Counted from the first letter of the stretch, positions 23,822 to 34,879 are shown. The stretch: DNA of 38,656 bases from Trypethelium eluteriae (GCA_051942245.1 JAVECL010000184.1:1-38656), one strand, 5' to 3'. The notes: generated from the letters alone by a model not told the origin. A program made the numbers and translations.

Positions 23822-25067
23822 GCGAACTGCTCATTAAGCATCATGCGCGAAAGCATCTGAATGGTTCCGGGAATTTTGGAGATCCACTTCTCCCATTCGC
23901 GAATGGATTCATTGCTGCCGAGCATATTCACGCTTCTTCCCCGTGATCACTATGATCTTGGAAATCGGTTCACAGCACGATCTTTAAAGAAAGATATTCT
24001 CCACTCTTCATTCACACAAGATATCTACCAAAAAAACTCTTCTTTCTGAAATATCGACAGAGACGCGACAGCACAGCTCCAGCCAACAATGATACGGAAG
24101 ACCTCATCCCCCGCATCACATTAATTTTCTCTCTCTATATCTCGATCTCTCGTCCTACTCATCACGACTCTCTTCTTCACACTTTCAATTGCTTTCTCAA
24201 GCTCCCGGATTGTCATGATCAGTCTATGAGTGCGCAGCTTTTCAAAGATTCAATAGCTGCGCGACCGCAACTTTTCTAAAGGACATAGAGATTTCGTATC
24301 TTTACGATTTAGCTACACTTCGCTTCCCCTTGCCGGTTTCTAGCAGAACATCACAAGGCTGTATTTCATCATATTTCGCTTTTGCCCTTCTCTCTGCACA
24401 AGTGTTCTACCTGTGCTGTTTGAATTTGCATAGCAACGGCGTTCAGCGTTTGTGGTCACTCATCTCCGGTAGTTGGCAGAAACTGTGGGTCTGCCTTAAT
24501 GTGTTTTTTTCTCTCTCTTGGTATCCTCCATGGAGTTTATCACTGAAGTGGCTTGCTCCGACGCTTGAGCGTACCGCACTCTGGGACTGACTGGGCGTTA
24601 TCATCATCGAGATAGGGATAGATGCATGAGAGACAATTAGAGTCACCTATGCAACGTAACTCAGAGGAGTTGTATTGCGATTGTTTTCGATGGGCGGACA
24701 GGGCTCTCATTATGGCTGCGCAGCTTCGCGAACTTACTAAGGCAAGAAGTGAGTAAGTCATGTATTGGGCAACAGGCTTTCCCGGGTTGTAGTTTTAGAA
24801 GCTCAATAATAGAATTTATACGTTGCCGCTTTGAGAATATTGACAAATCTCAACCTCGGAACAACAACAATCATTCTGATTCATCGTCTACCGTCGTCAA
24901 CCCGCAGGACCAACCTCCCTCAGCTTCCTTGATACAGACCCAAGCCAAGGAATTATTGAAGTGGAGCATGAAACATGATGGGTCTTTCTGTTTTTAGCGC
25001 CATTGCAGAGTCCGATATCCTCAAATCTACCGTTGCACTAACGCCTCACTCTCAATTTGGCAGGTAC

Positions 25068-26090
25068 CTAGACGGTTTTGTGAACGTGGTACTTGCAGTT
25101 GTCAATTTTTGATGCAAATTCCGCTTCATTGACCCATGAAGAAGGCTCGTGACGGTCCAGCTTTGTCTTCAGCGCGATGACAAGGTCTGTAAAGAACGTG
25201 GAATTGCGTTGAACGTCGGCGTTCCTCAGGAAGTCTTGTATTCTTGAGCCCCTAGGCATTGGAGTATTGGCGTAAAAGTCCACCCAAAATTTCCTTAATG
25301 GAGAATTAGTAGCAGTATTATCATAGATCCAGGTGAGGTATTTTCCATTCGCTAGTTTCCATTCGTGTGCCACTTTGAAAATAAGCGCATTCATCGCGGC
25401 ATTGTGCAGAGCCGGAATTCCGCGTACATCACTGAAGACAATGATCTCAAAAATGGTGCGGTGTGGGAGCGTCTGTGTGTCGTCATAGAGGCGATTGGTA
25501 TAGATCAGATTATGGAAGGCCTGAAAGACATCTACGCTATCTTCGTGAAGGTCGAATCTTCCCTCAAGAGCCTCCTTGAACTGTCCATCCAGCGCGGTTC
25601 GAAAGTAATCTGAAAAGTGTCGGAGGGGACCTCTGTGGATGTGAAACTCTTTGCGGTCTGGCGTCGTCCCAACGGTGATGCTGATCATTTCGTCATAGAA
25701 TGTTCTGTCGAGAAATCAGCGGACTCTTCGACTCTATACCTTCCGGCGGCTGGGGGGTTCCTCAACTGGTAATTAATACAATGTTACCTCAGTTTAACTG
25801 TTATGATCATGTTGACCCATTTTAAGGCGGTGTTGACATGGACCAACAAGGTCATAACAGTAAAGTCGAAATAACATTGTATTAATTACCAGTTGAGGAA
25901 CCCCCCAGCCGCCGTAAGGTATTTGTATCTCTTACCCCTGAACTGCGCGTATGAAGGGAAGATCCTTTGGGCAGATGTGTAGACTGATCACCGTTTCGAA
26001 CCCGAAGCTCAAAATCTCGTCATCAGACCGCTTTCTTTTGCGAAATCCCGGAAGATTCACGTTCGGGTACATCTCTGAGTTTGCAGCCAT
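25068..26090 (-). CDS. Fungal BTB/POZ-domain protein, 263 aa; exons 26090-25936, 25704-25068
   Basis: ITVG....KEFHIHRG.L...SDYFR.AL.G.FKEA..G...L.ED....F..F...IYT is the BTB signature, followed by IY.NT...SPLR and C.YH.H. A phase-2 intron (25935-25705; GTAAGA..GCTGAT..CAG) links an ATG exon in frame. Confidence 0.85.
25739..25919. mobile_element. 181-bp palindromic MITE with TA target-site duplication (Tc1/mariner-type by inference), inside the BTB gene intron
   Basis: Arms 25736-25820 and 25838-25922 are reverse complements at 74/85 positions (50/51 in the outer part), with a 17-nt loop. TA at 25737-38 and 25920-21. Removing the element and one TA leaves a normal 48-nt intron. Confidence 0.85.
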
Positions 26091-27032
26091 TTTGGGTCAA
26101 TAATCATCAAGCGATCAGCTCTTAGAAGCCTGAAAACTGTACCAGGAAAGGTAAGCTTTATATGGAAAGTTCGATGGCTTTCGTTCGAGGTGAGCTTCAG
26201 AAATCGCTATGAGGCTGTGAAAGTGTGTTCAACCACTTTCGCTGTGTGTGTGAAATACACAGAGAGTGTGTGTTAGTGGACAATGGTGTCGTGAAACAAG
26301 GAGCTCACAGCGGCCTCCGACTCTTAGGCCATTCTCGAGCTTTAAATTGCTTCCTTGAACAGTGCCAAATTAGGAAACTATACGAAATCATCCACTCCAA
26401 TGGATGGGTTAGCTGTTGTACACATAAAACACCTAGGGTGAGTTCCTCAACACTGATCGATTGTGATTGATACACATTATAGAGTAAATATTATTGTGAA
26501 TGGATTTCTTGAAAAAATCGACGTATACTCCAAACGCCACATTGCCAATCCTCTTGTTTAAGATTATTTGCCCTTGCTACGCATAGTCCTACACGTTGGT
26601 AAGTTATTGCGCTGGGCTTAGGAAGAAAGTCTGGCATGGCACTGTCATGCCTGGAATATCTAATCGCGCTCATTTCTGCATCGAGAGTCTCCTTAAAATT
26701 CATGGTATGTGAGTACAGCAATCCTAAAAGTTCTTCGAGGCTTGGTACGTACCAGAAGCTCGCTTAATACAGTGAGAAATAGATGGTTTGATCAGGAGTG
26801 ACTGAGGCTGCTGTCTAAGAGATTCCCTTCCAACGAGGAGCCACACGCGTCTCTCACTCCATTTAGAGCTGATGCGACGCGTAATCCCTCACGAGCTGGT
26901 TCATTCTTCTATATGTCCTGTCTACTACTTAGTAGCTTAACTCAACGCGCTTTAGGTGAACGCCCTTGATTCTGCCTAGGCAGGTCATGACTACCCTTTA
27001 CTTTCCGAGCTAGTTCTTGAGAATAAATTGCG

Positions 27033-28345
27033 TTGGTGGAAATTGGTCTCTCTCAGGTTCGCCTGCTTGGACTACGAATCTCTCCTAAAAGCTGCTGGAA
27101 TATGGAGAAGGGCGATTCCAGTCTCTCATGGGACATTTTGTGCCCAATATCGGAATGGCTTAGTTCCAGCATGATCACGACCAGCAGATCGTTACACGGA
27201 GCCAATCTTTCAGAAGCTGCCGTCCGAGATATAGGAGTTGGGCAGACAAAAGTTCAACGAATCTAAGGACTCGAAACCAGCCAAAAGATAACCCACTTCG
27301 ATGCCTTAGAACGGAGGCTGGAAGAGAAGATCTCAGGTTTGGTAATGAAATTTAGTTCTGTGGTCGATAAAAACCAGGGCGAAAGGCTAAGGTTAATTGA
27401 CAGCCTGTATTGATTGTTAACAAAAAGAACAAGGCAGGATAAGAGAGACTTTAGGAGAAATGAAGAACGAGATGAGGCAACTTTTAACCGGGGGGAGAAT
27501 GAATTGGCGTGCAGAGGCGATACATCCTCAACGACGGCTTCAAAAAGCAAGGACAAGAACTGAGAGCATTATCCATGGACGTTAGATCAAGCTATATCTA
27601 GCGACATAAACGGCAAAGATGGTAGCAACAAATTTGTTTGCCTCGCGGAAGGTAAGGAATACACTCATCAAGGGATACGAATTGTCATGAGCCATCAGGC
27701 TTGAAGGCATGGGAGGTAGGCGGAATTCTTACCGGTGGCCTTCTGGCTTATTCGGCGCGAATATAGCAGTATCCTACACTATAGAGGGCTCTCCTTTCCA
27801 CCCGTTCTTCTATCTTTTCCCCCATCTTTGATGCCTTTCATCTCTAGTTGAACACAATGTTTCTAGTGGCATTTTCAGAATCTTGACTTAGGGCTATTAA
27901 AACCTGTGAACCTCGAAAAATCGGCTGAATCCTTGGGATCAACGTTCTTGATAGATGCGTCCAACTAACGAAAGCTGGAACGTTCACTTCGAATGATATA
28001 AGCTTTCCATGAATTACAGATTTTTGCCGAAACCTGAGAGGTCATAAGGGAGCTCGGAAGCCAATTCACACGGGAATGCTTGAAGCCAGTTGAATAAGTC
28101 TCGAAGTGTTGATTCAGTTGATACGCAGCTAATTTCCAGGGGCTGCCCCTGGCTCTGCAAATTGATTTGGAAGTGAGTGCCATGTTGATTCAGACAGGAT
28201 TGGAGGACGCTTCAACTAAAAATTGGGCTGACATCAATGATTGTTCATTTTACTGCCGTATATACGTCAATAACTGTGATCGGCTTGCAGGGGCTCCATC
28301 CCATGCCGATGCATATATAATTCTATGCGTAGCGATGCCCTAAAA
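27033..28345 (+). pseudogene. Decayed coding sequence of unknown family (charged, coiled-coil-like)
   Basis: One frame runs about 245 codons from 27033 with only three internal stops (27264, 27411, 27561) and protein-like text (HFDALERRLEEKISGL). More stop-interrupted text lies at 27870-28345. The antisense ORFs 27263-27556 and 27965-28183 mirror its codon register. Confidence 0.4.
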
Positions 28346-28415
28346 ATGGATCAACCAGATATTTATTTGTGTAGCGTGCATCGATTCCGAAGTGTCGTTC
28401 GAATTTTTGATCTGT

Positions 28416-29846
28416 TCAGAGTAGTTGTTTTCTCATGGCTACTCTCCGCCTTGCAGCAATGGTCATATCATAAAGAGCGTCCTTGAATGCGAATAGGAAG
28501 GCCGCTGTGATCACGCTTTGGGTGATCTTTGGTCCAATGCCTGGGGGATTCGTTAGCTGATAGAACAGTTTGCAAATGATTTGAATTACAAAAGGAAAAA
28601 AATAGTTGAAGGAGCGGTCAGGAATTCGGTAATGAGATCACTGATGCACGAATCCGCTTCTGGGTAGCTGTCTCCTTTCGGAAGATTGCGCGGTAGGAAT
28701 TTGAACTACAAGCGAGATAGACCGTGGAAACAGTGATGGAGCCACTTTATCCACACCGCCAAGTTGGAGATGAGCGTTTGTAATGGTAGATGGGGCCATA
28801 ATCAAGATGAACCACATTCGGATGAACTCACCTCCGTATAGCCCACTCCACCCCTCTTCCTTCAGGATACGTCTGAAGCTACTAAACATGTCCTCTTTCG
28901 GCGATTCCTTGGTAGCAACATGCATCCGACTTTTTACGGTGATGTACGGGTATGTGATTCCCGTCGCCATGAGCTTTCCAAAGGCACCCAGGTAGAATGA
29001 ATCTGATGGCGTGACACGTTTCCGCCTCTCTAAGACGTTTTTCAGCTGTTCGAAAACTGTATATTGCAGGATTGGGTTGATCACGAGTACAAGTGCAGGC
29101 AGCACCCCGGCGAACAGTTGCATGAAACCCTCCTCCTTGACGATAGCCATCAATGTCCCGATAGTCGATGGAGCCTTCTTCCTGGCCCTAGCCTTCTCTG
29201 CATCCGAGGTGCTGGGTAGATCCGACTCGTTTTTGCGAGCCGTCATGCGAGTGTTTACAACCCATATGGGATTCGTAATAAGGACTGTCGCGCTGCCTGC
29301 GAGGGCACCTGCAATCATCGATTCAATGGTGGTGAGTTTCTTGGATGCACGGCCGGCTTGTAATGCGGCGCGCTCGAAGCCTGCACGAGTCCATTCATAC
29401 CCTAGCACGGCCGGTAAGCATAAGGTTCACGCGCAATGAGACGGAATAGGGGAGCGGACAGTAGTAGTAAACAAAGTTTGTGACGCTTATTCCGAAGAGG
29501 GCGGAGTCTAGGCCGGCATACAGCCCAGTTATGCCTTCTCTCTGCACAATGCGACGCGCCGCATCTAATGTGGATGACTGCGCCTTTTTGGACTCGACCT
29601 GGGCGCGCGTGGAAAGTGTGATGAGTGGATAGCTGCGATGCAGTCCCAGAAGTTAGCACGGCATTGATGCAGAGGGCGTAGCGCGGCATAGCGGGACGCG
29701 ACTGACGTCAAAGCCATCGAAAGTAGTCCTCCACCAGCACCAGCAAGCGCATGAGCTACATTGTCGCTTTGCTGAGCGGCTGCACTGGAAGCAGGAGTAG
29801 ACGGCGCGGATTCGGAAACATTCTCTGCCGTCTTACCCGACGCCAT
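28416..29846 (-). CDS. pmp47: Peroxisomal carrier of the mitochondrial carrier family (PMP47/SLC25A17-like), 335 aa; exons 29846-29707, 29632-29460, 29401-28832, 28540-28416
   Basis: HALAGAGGGLLSMALTYPLITLSTRAQV, NFVYYYWYE, TNPIWVVNTRM, LVINPILQYT.FEQLK, TYPYITVKSR and GIGPKITQSV.TAAFLF. Three introns of 74, 58 and 291 nt. Confidence 0.93.
28596..28760 (-). ncRNA. Candidate structured ncRNA or tRNA-derived element of unknown class in pmp47 intron 3
   Basis: A-box-like TGGATAAAGTGG (28753-28742), B-box-like GTTCAAATTC (28706-28697) and a T7 run (28602-28596). The 5' GGCGGT pairs with ACCGCT near the 3' end. Four hairpins folded by hand. Confidence 0.5.
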
Positions 29847-30696
29847 TATGAGAAGTAAAGCTGGGTTCGAACAGACCAGCTGCTGAAATCTTCTGGGGAT
29901 GAGATGGAGGGCGTACAATGGCAGGATGCGGCTTGATCAAAGCTGGAGAAGAGAGAAGATTGCCCGGTATCCTGCTGATGATATGTGGAACTAAAGCAGC
30001 GCGGGAATATCAAGGAGGTCCAATGTCTGAGAATGGAGAGATAGGTTTGATATGAAGCCGGTTAACGAATTCCATGCGCGATATCTAAAACTAAAGCCGA
30101 GGTCCAGCACGGCATGACGCGAATGTTGTTCACGATGCAAACCGGCGCAAACATGCAGATCAAATACAAACAGGACGCAAACGCACGTGACGGGACACAT
30201 ATTGGTCAAGTGGGGCAATCGCAAACCCCCAGCGCTATGCTACGAGCGCCGACGAACTGAAGGAATCCTACCTGGTACGGAGTACCTATGCGATGTATTC
30301 TATGACTGAGATACTATAACATCATGGCACCATAGCTTGCTGGAAAAACATCGATTGCGTTCTTTGTTATTTTGACTAGGTTCTCTATGAATGGCAGTAT
30401 CTCCAAGTCCAACACATTAGTGCAAGCCCCACCTGTAATAATTCTCGGGACTGAATCGTTGGCCTGGACTGAGCATGATGACTTTTGCAAGCCAAATCCC
30501 CCGGCTGAAGTTCCGAATTACACATATTTGCTTACCCGGAGTGGTCGGACACAACAAAATGCCTGGATTAGGCTTCAATGTGCTCGCGCAATCTCCCCTT
30601 TACAGAATATGGCTGACTGTGTTGCGACCGGTAATCTTCTGCAGTCGGTTAATCAGCTTGTCTCTTAATTATGTTGTGGCTGACTGGTACTGGGAT

Positions 30697-30720
30697 CACC
30701 TTTGCACCTTTGCACCTTTG
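30697..30720. repeat. (CACCTTTG)3 tandem repeat
   Basis: Three exact 8-mer copies in the pmp47-abp2 divergent intergenic region. Confidence 0.9.
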
Positions 30721-31467
30721 CCTCTGTTTTGGCCCCTAAGTCGAAGGATTTCGGTTAAGAATCAATTAGCGGCCGGCTCGTCTCTTGGCTCGGAAGCACC
30801 AATGGGGATGCATCGACAAATCATTCACCGAATTACATGCACTATTCATTCGATCTGTGATGGCGGAAGGACTGCGACTCCTACCATTAATGCTTACCTG
30901 CCTCTTTTGGAAATGGTGGTCATCGTACCGAGATAGACTGCAGAGAAAGCAGCGAAATCTTGTCATGGGGACGGAAGCCGCTCGGTGCAGGCTCCAGGCC
31001 AGCCCAGCACCAGCGCAGCGCAGCCCCTCCGACACAAGGGCGAAACGAAGGTGCGGTGGATTTGAAGGTGGCAGAGACGTGCCACTGGTACGCTGGTACG
31101 CTGGTCCAGTCATCCAGTCCAGTCTTCGCAGTTCGCACAGAGGCTCAGCGAGGCTCGGGTACGCTAGTCAGGACGATCAACGTGCAGACGCCTTGGTGTC
31201 TTTGGCTTGAGGGCAATTAACAGCGTGCAGTCTTACCTGCTCTTGCTTCACCCTGTCGCAAAACGCCTTGCTCAAGCGCTTCATGCCCTCCTTCGGTCCC
31301 AATCACGCCAATCAAGCTCCGCCGCCCGACTTACTCTGCTGCTCTCACTCCACCTAAATACCCGCTTCGGCGCATTTTGCGCGCGAAACGGCCATTAAGG
31401 ATCCCCTCATGCAAACCACCAAACGTCCGCCAATGTATTGAGCTTATTCGAACAACCTAGCGACAAT

Positions 31468-34260
31468 ATGCGCGAAGGGCACCCTGGTGGTCAACGTCGT
31501 GTTGGAGTTGACGACGACAGCAATCCCTTGAGCGCTTCGCAGAATTCGAGGAGCCCAGGCTTCGTGCGCGTCGATTCCACTCGCACGGATTCACATCTTT
31601 CGCATAGGAGGAATGCATCTGATAATGCTGCCCACACCTCTGCCATCGATCCCCGGCTTCAAACACCTCACGACCTACAGGATGATCCGCCAGCCCAAAC
31701 GAATGTAGCCTCGACGCCCTCTCTCACTGCCTCTCCCCGGTTTAGTGACCCCTCGTTCACTTCTTCTCCAAACGTGCAACAGCAGTTCTTCTCTGCCTAT
31801 ACCCCTCAGGACCGCAAGTTACCCTCCAAGGACGTCTCCGATGAAACCATTGATGACGCTTATTCCGAATTCATTCTATATTGCAATCCATCTTTTCCGC
31901 CCAATGCCGACACGACTGAGCTTAGGAAGGCATTCCGCGCTCCGCCAAAGAGTGATGGGAAGAGCTTCAACATATTCAATTTGTTCGAGCTCATACGGAA
32001 ATACAATAATAAAGATATCAAAACATGGACGCAATTGGCATTAGAACTTGGTGTTGAGCCGCCATCAACTGAGAAGGGCCAGAGTACCCAAAAGGTACAG
32101 CAATATTCTGTACGGCTCAAGCGCTGGATGCGAGCAATGCACGTCGATGCATTTTTCGAGTTTCTTCTAGATAAACCTCATGTCTACTATACTCATATTC
32201 CTCCCGCGGACATGCCTCGTCCTGAAAATGGTCGCGATGGAGTGATATTGGAAGAGGATCTCGCCATTCGGGCAATTGACCCATCCTATCGACCAAAGCG
32301 CGGCCGTCGGAAACTGGACGAGCAGGAAGATGAGAATGAGCGGACCATGACTCCTGCGATCGCTCGACGTCCCAACACCGAGGCTGGCTTCTCTCCGCAC
32401 CCTTTTTCAGCGCAACCCATGTCTGCTTTTCCTCCCTCAGCTTACCCTGTCAGCGCTCATCCGGACGATGGTGATCGATACACCATTACCCAAGACCAAT
32501 GGCCCGGTTCTGCTGTAACACCGCATCCTGCTAGCCAAAATCCTAATACCAAACTGCTGACGCCGCACTCGGCGATTACGGCCTCAACTCCACAGCATTT
32601 GCGATGGCGATTTCACAATCAAAATGCTAATGATGGTCCTCAGTCCGCGCATCCACTCTCTGCTCAACCCATGTCGGCCGTCACTCCCACAACCGGTCTT
32701 CCCCCTGATTCTGCCCTTGACGAGCCACAATCTGCTGTTACGCCCACCGCCGACAAGCCACGCAAAAGGCGGCGACACGGCCCTGCTGTCTCTTCTGCCT
32801 GGTCATCTTCTACCCATACGCCCAGCGGCAAATTGCGCGGGCGGCCGCCAAGTAATCGCTCTGTCCGTGATGGTCCATTCGTCACGTTTCCGGCCAATCC
32901 TCAGCGGGATGAGGCACCAACCATTGACCTAAGAACATCCGAAACACCACTCGCAGAGCGGCCTGAGGTCGGTGCAATGAATCCACCTCCGGCGAGCGCG
33001 ATAGAGACTGAACATGATCCTTTCTCTGAGCAGCAACGGCAGGCAAGTGAACAAATCACCAGCGCAGGAGGTAGTGGCACCCCTGCGAGTGCGGGTCCCA
33101 GCGGTAGAGCGAAGCTTTCGTTACAGGTGCCGCGCCATACAGGTGGCCCTGTCCAGCAGATTAGTGGCCCTCAACCTCCGACCTTACTCGTCAATGGTGA
33201 TCCCGAACGACTTGCAACTGGGCCTGGTGCGCAAGACGAACGTAGCAACCATGACAGACAAAATGTGAGCGCGAGTCAAAGACAATCAGAGAGCCACAAT
33301 GGGGTAAGTACTAGCTCTATTCGACCTTTCAGCTCATCATCCCCCACTCAACTCCATTTCCAGGCCAAAGTGCCCTTCTCCCAGGGTGTCGCGGCTTTCG
33401 ACCAAGCGCCTCCCCAACGGCGCACAACGACATCCATCGCACCCGAACCCAGCTCGCCCAAACAGCGCGGTCCCAAACTCACCAGCTTCACCTCGGAAGA
33501 ACTCAAGCGCGCCCTCGCCACCGACCTCCTCCGCGCCGACATCGTCGGCCGCACCCGCCTCAAAGGCACCGAAGCCAAATCCCTCGCCGAAGCGCTCCTC
33601 ATCAACCTCCACTCCCAAGGCCGACCCTCCACCCCGCCCGACTCCGACGCCGCCGACTCCAGCGCCGAGGAGGCGCACAAGCTCGCCGCCGCGCTCTGGC
33701 TGGGTCTGGGCGCGCAACTCGGAGTCGTGGATCGCGGTGTTGCTCCGGCGGGCGGCCAGAAGAAGATCGTGGTGCGCCGGTCGAAGATGGGCGAGGATGG
33801 CTACGAGGTTCCGCTCGATGACGATGATCCGACGACGCTCGGCGTCGTGGAGTCATTCGACATCTCGTGGAGCCTACTGATGGGTGGGTTGGCGGCGGAG
33901 TTTTCGGTGAAGGGCTTGATGATTGCGGGCGGTGGGTTTGGGAAGGCGCCGGGAGGGGCAAGTGCGGGTCCGGGTCTGGGGTCGGCGAGTGATCTGACGG
34001 AGGGACCGCTTGCGGCAGCGATAGGGCCCGGTGTGACGTTTGCCGGCACCGGGTATGGATCAGGTATGTGGATTTTGCGCTTATCTGGTTTACGGTTTGA
34101 CGATGTGCTGATGTATATGACAGGGTTCCCCAGTCTCAAGGATCCGATGCAAAATGCGGTTATGTGGAAGCGCCGGTTCGAGGATCTGAAGCGAAAGACT
34201 GATAGACGAGATGTGGAGATGGAGGAATTGAAGGATAAGATCCTGGGCCTGGTTCTGTAA
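31468..34260 (+). CDS. abp2: ARS-binding protein 2 (Abp2)-domain DNA-binding protein, about 890-910 aa; probable 60-nt introns at 33304-33363 and 34064-34123
   Basis: LP...V..ETIDDAY..FILYCNP, FRAPPKSDGKSF, IKTWTQLALELGVEPP, QSTQKVQQYSVRLKRWMRAMHVDAFFEFL and RPKRGRR. AT-hook-like KLRGRPP. C-terminal coiled coil. Confidence 0.88.
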   Translation: MREGHPGGQRRVGVDDDSNPLSASQNSRSPGFVRVDSTRTDSHLSHRRNASDNAAHTSAIDPRLQTPHDLQDDPPAQTNVASTPSLTASPRFSDPSFTSSPNVQQQFFSAYTPQDRKLPSKDVSDETIDDAYSEFILYCNPSFPPNADTTELRKAFRAPPKSDGKSFNIFNLFELIRKYNNKDIKTWTQLALELGVEPPSTEKGQSTQKVQQYSVRLKRWMRAMHVDAFFEFLLDKPHVYYTHIPPADMPRPENGRDGVILEEDLAIRAIDPSYRPKRGRRKLDEQEDENERTMTPAIARRPNTEAGFSPHPFSAQPMSAFPPSAYPVSAHPDDGDRYTITQDQWPGSAVTPHPASQNPNTKLLTPHSAITASTPQHLRWRFHNQNANDGPQSAHPLSAQPMSAVTPTTGLPPDSALDEPQSAVTPTADKPRKRRRHGPAVSSAWSSSTHTPSGKLRGRPPSNRSVRDGPFVTFPANPQRDEAPTIDLRTSETPLAERPEVGAMNPPPASAIETEHDPFSEQQRQASEQITSAGGSGTPASAGPSGRAKLSLQVPRHTGGPVQQISGPQPPTLLVNGDPERLATGPGAQDERSNHDRQNVSASQRQSESHNGVSTSSIRPFSSSSPTQLHFQAKVPFSQGVAAFDQAPPQRRTTTSIAPEPSSPKQRGPKLTSFTSEELKRALATDLLRADIVGRTRLKGTEAKSLAEALLINLHSQGRPSTPPDSDAADSSAEEAHKLAAALWLGLGAQLGVVDRGVAPAGGQKKIVVRRSKMGEDGYEVPLDDDDPTTLGVVESFDISWSLLMGGLAAEFSVKGLMIAGGGFGKAPGGASAGPGLGSASDLTEGPLAAAIGPGVTFAGTGYGSGMWILRLSGLRFDDVLMYMTGFPSLKDPMQNAVMWKRRFEDLKRKTDRRDVEMEELKDKILGLVL

Positions 34261-34879
34261 GAGGGAGAATACGGATACGAGCGGAAAACCAGGGACTTCG
34301 ACGGACATCAGACAGTGGTAGAAAGGAACCGCTTGAAATGGTGCTTCCGTACGAGTCTTACACCAGGCCGGCATTATCCTGCTCATTCGTGGCACTCTGC
34401 GGACAACAGGATAAGGCTGTCTCCAGAACAGCTAAGTGTATGCTTGGAGAGATAAAAGGGATGATGGTTGATTGAACGGGACTTTTGCAAGACAAATCAA
34501 AGTCGAACGAAAGGGAGAAGCTTACCTACAAAGGTGGCGTTGTTGGGTACACGAGTAATGGGAAGTAAATATTAGGATACGGATGTCGGCAGTTGGTCCT
34601 GCATCCGGGCGCTGATGATCGAAGTTGGAAATTTATGCTCGTTATGAGGTACTGGGACTTCTTCTGTCTAATATTGCAGGTTCCGACGGATCTCAAAGTC
34701 TCGATCGGTCTTTAGACCGGGGTTTTTCGGCGTTCAAAGCGGTACGATTGTGTGGACTGTTGGGCGTGACTTGTTTCGAAAGTTATTTGAACGCAATTTG
34801 ATTTCAAATGTCAAGTTATACTCCATTTCGCGTTGGATAATTGCTTCTATTGGAGCTGTGTATGTTAGAGCAGATACCC

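Noticed and set aside
28688..28760. Canonical tRNA gene (Gly-TCC, Trp-CCA or Val-CAC)
   Set aside because: No register gives a 5-bp anticodon stem with U33/R37, and the T arm overlaps the acceptor strand.
28612..28800. SRP RNA, RNase P/MRP RNA, snR30, hammerhead or TPP riboswitch in pmp47 intron 3
   Set aside because: Only isolated partial motifs (TCC-GAAA-GGA, GGAATTCGGT, ATTCCTA, CTGATGC); the required partner motifs are missing.
28638..28831. Read-through C-terminus of the listed ORF 28638-29408
   Set aside because: A GTGAGT donor at 28831 and the exon at 28540-28416 supply the conserved sixth helix; the read-through text is not carrier-like.
33337..34139. Several overlapping ORFs on both strands, likewise at 19425-20044 and 37661-38618
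   Set aside because: By-products of high GC and strong skew within real genes; low-complexity translations.
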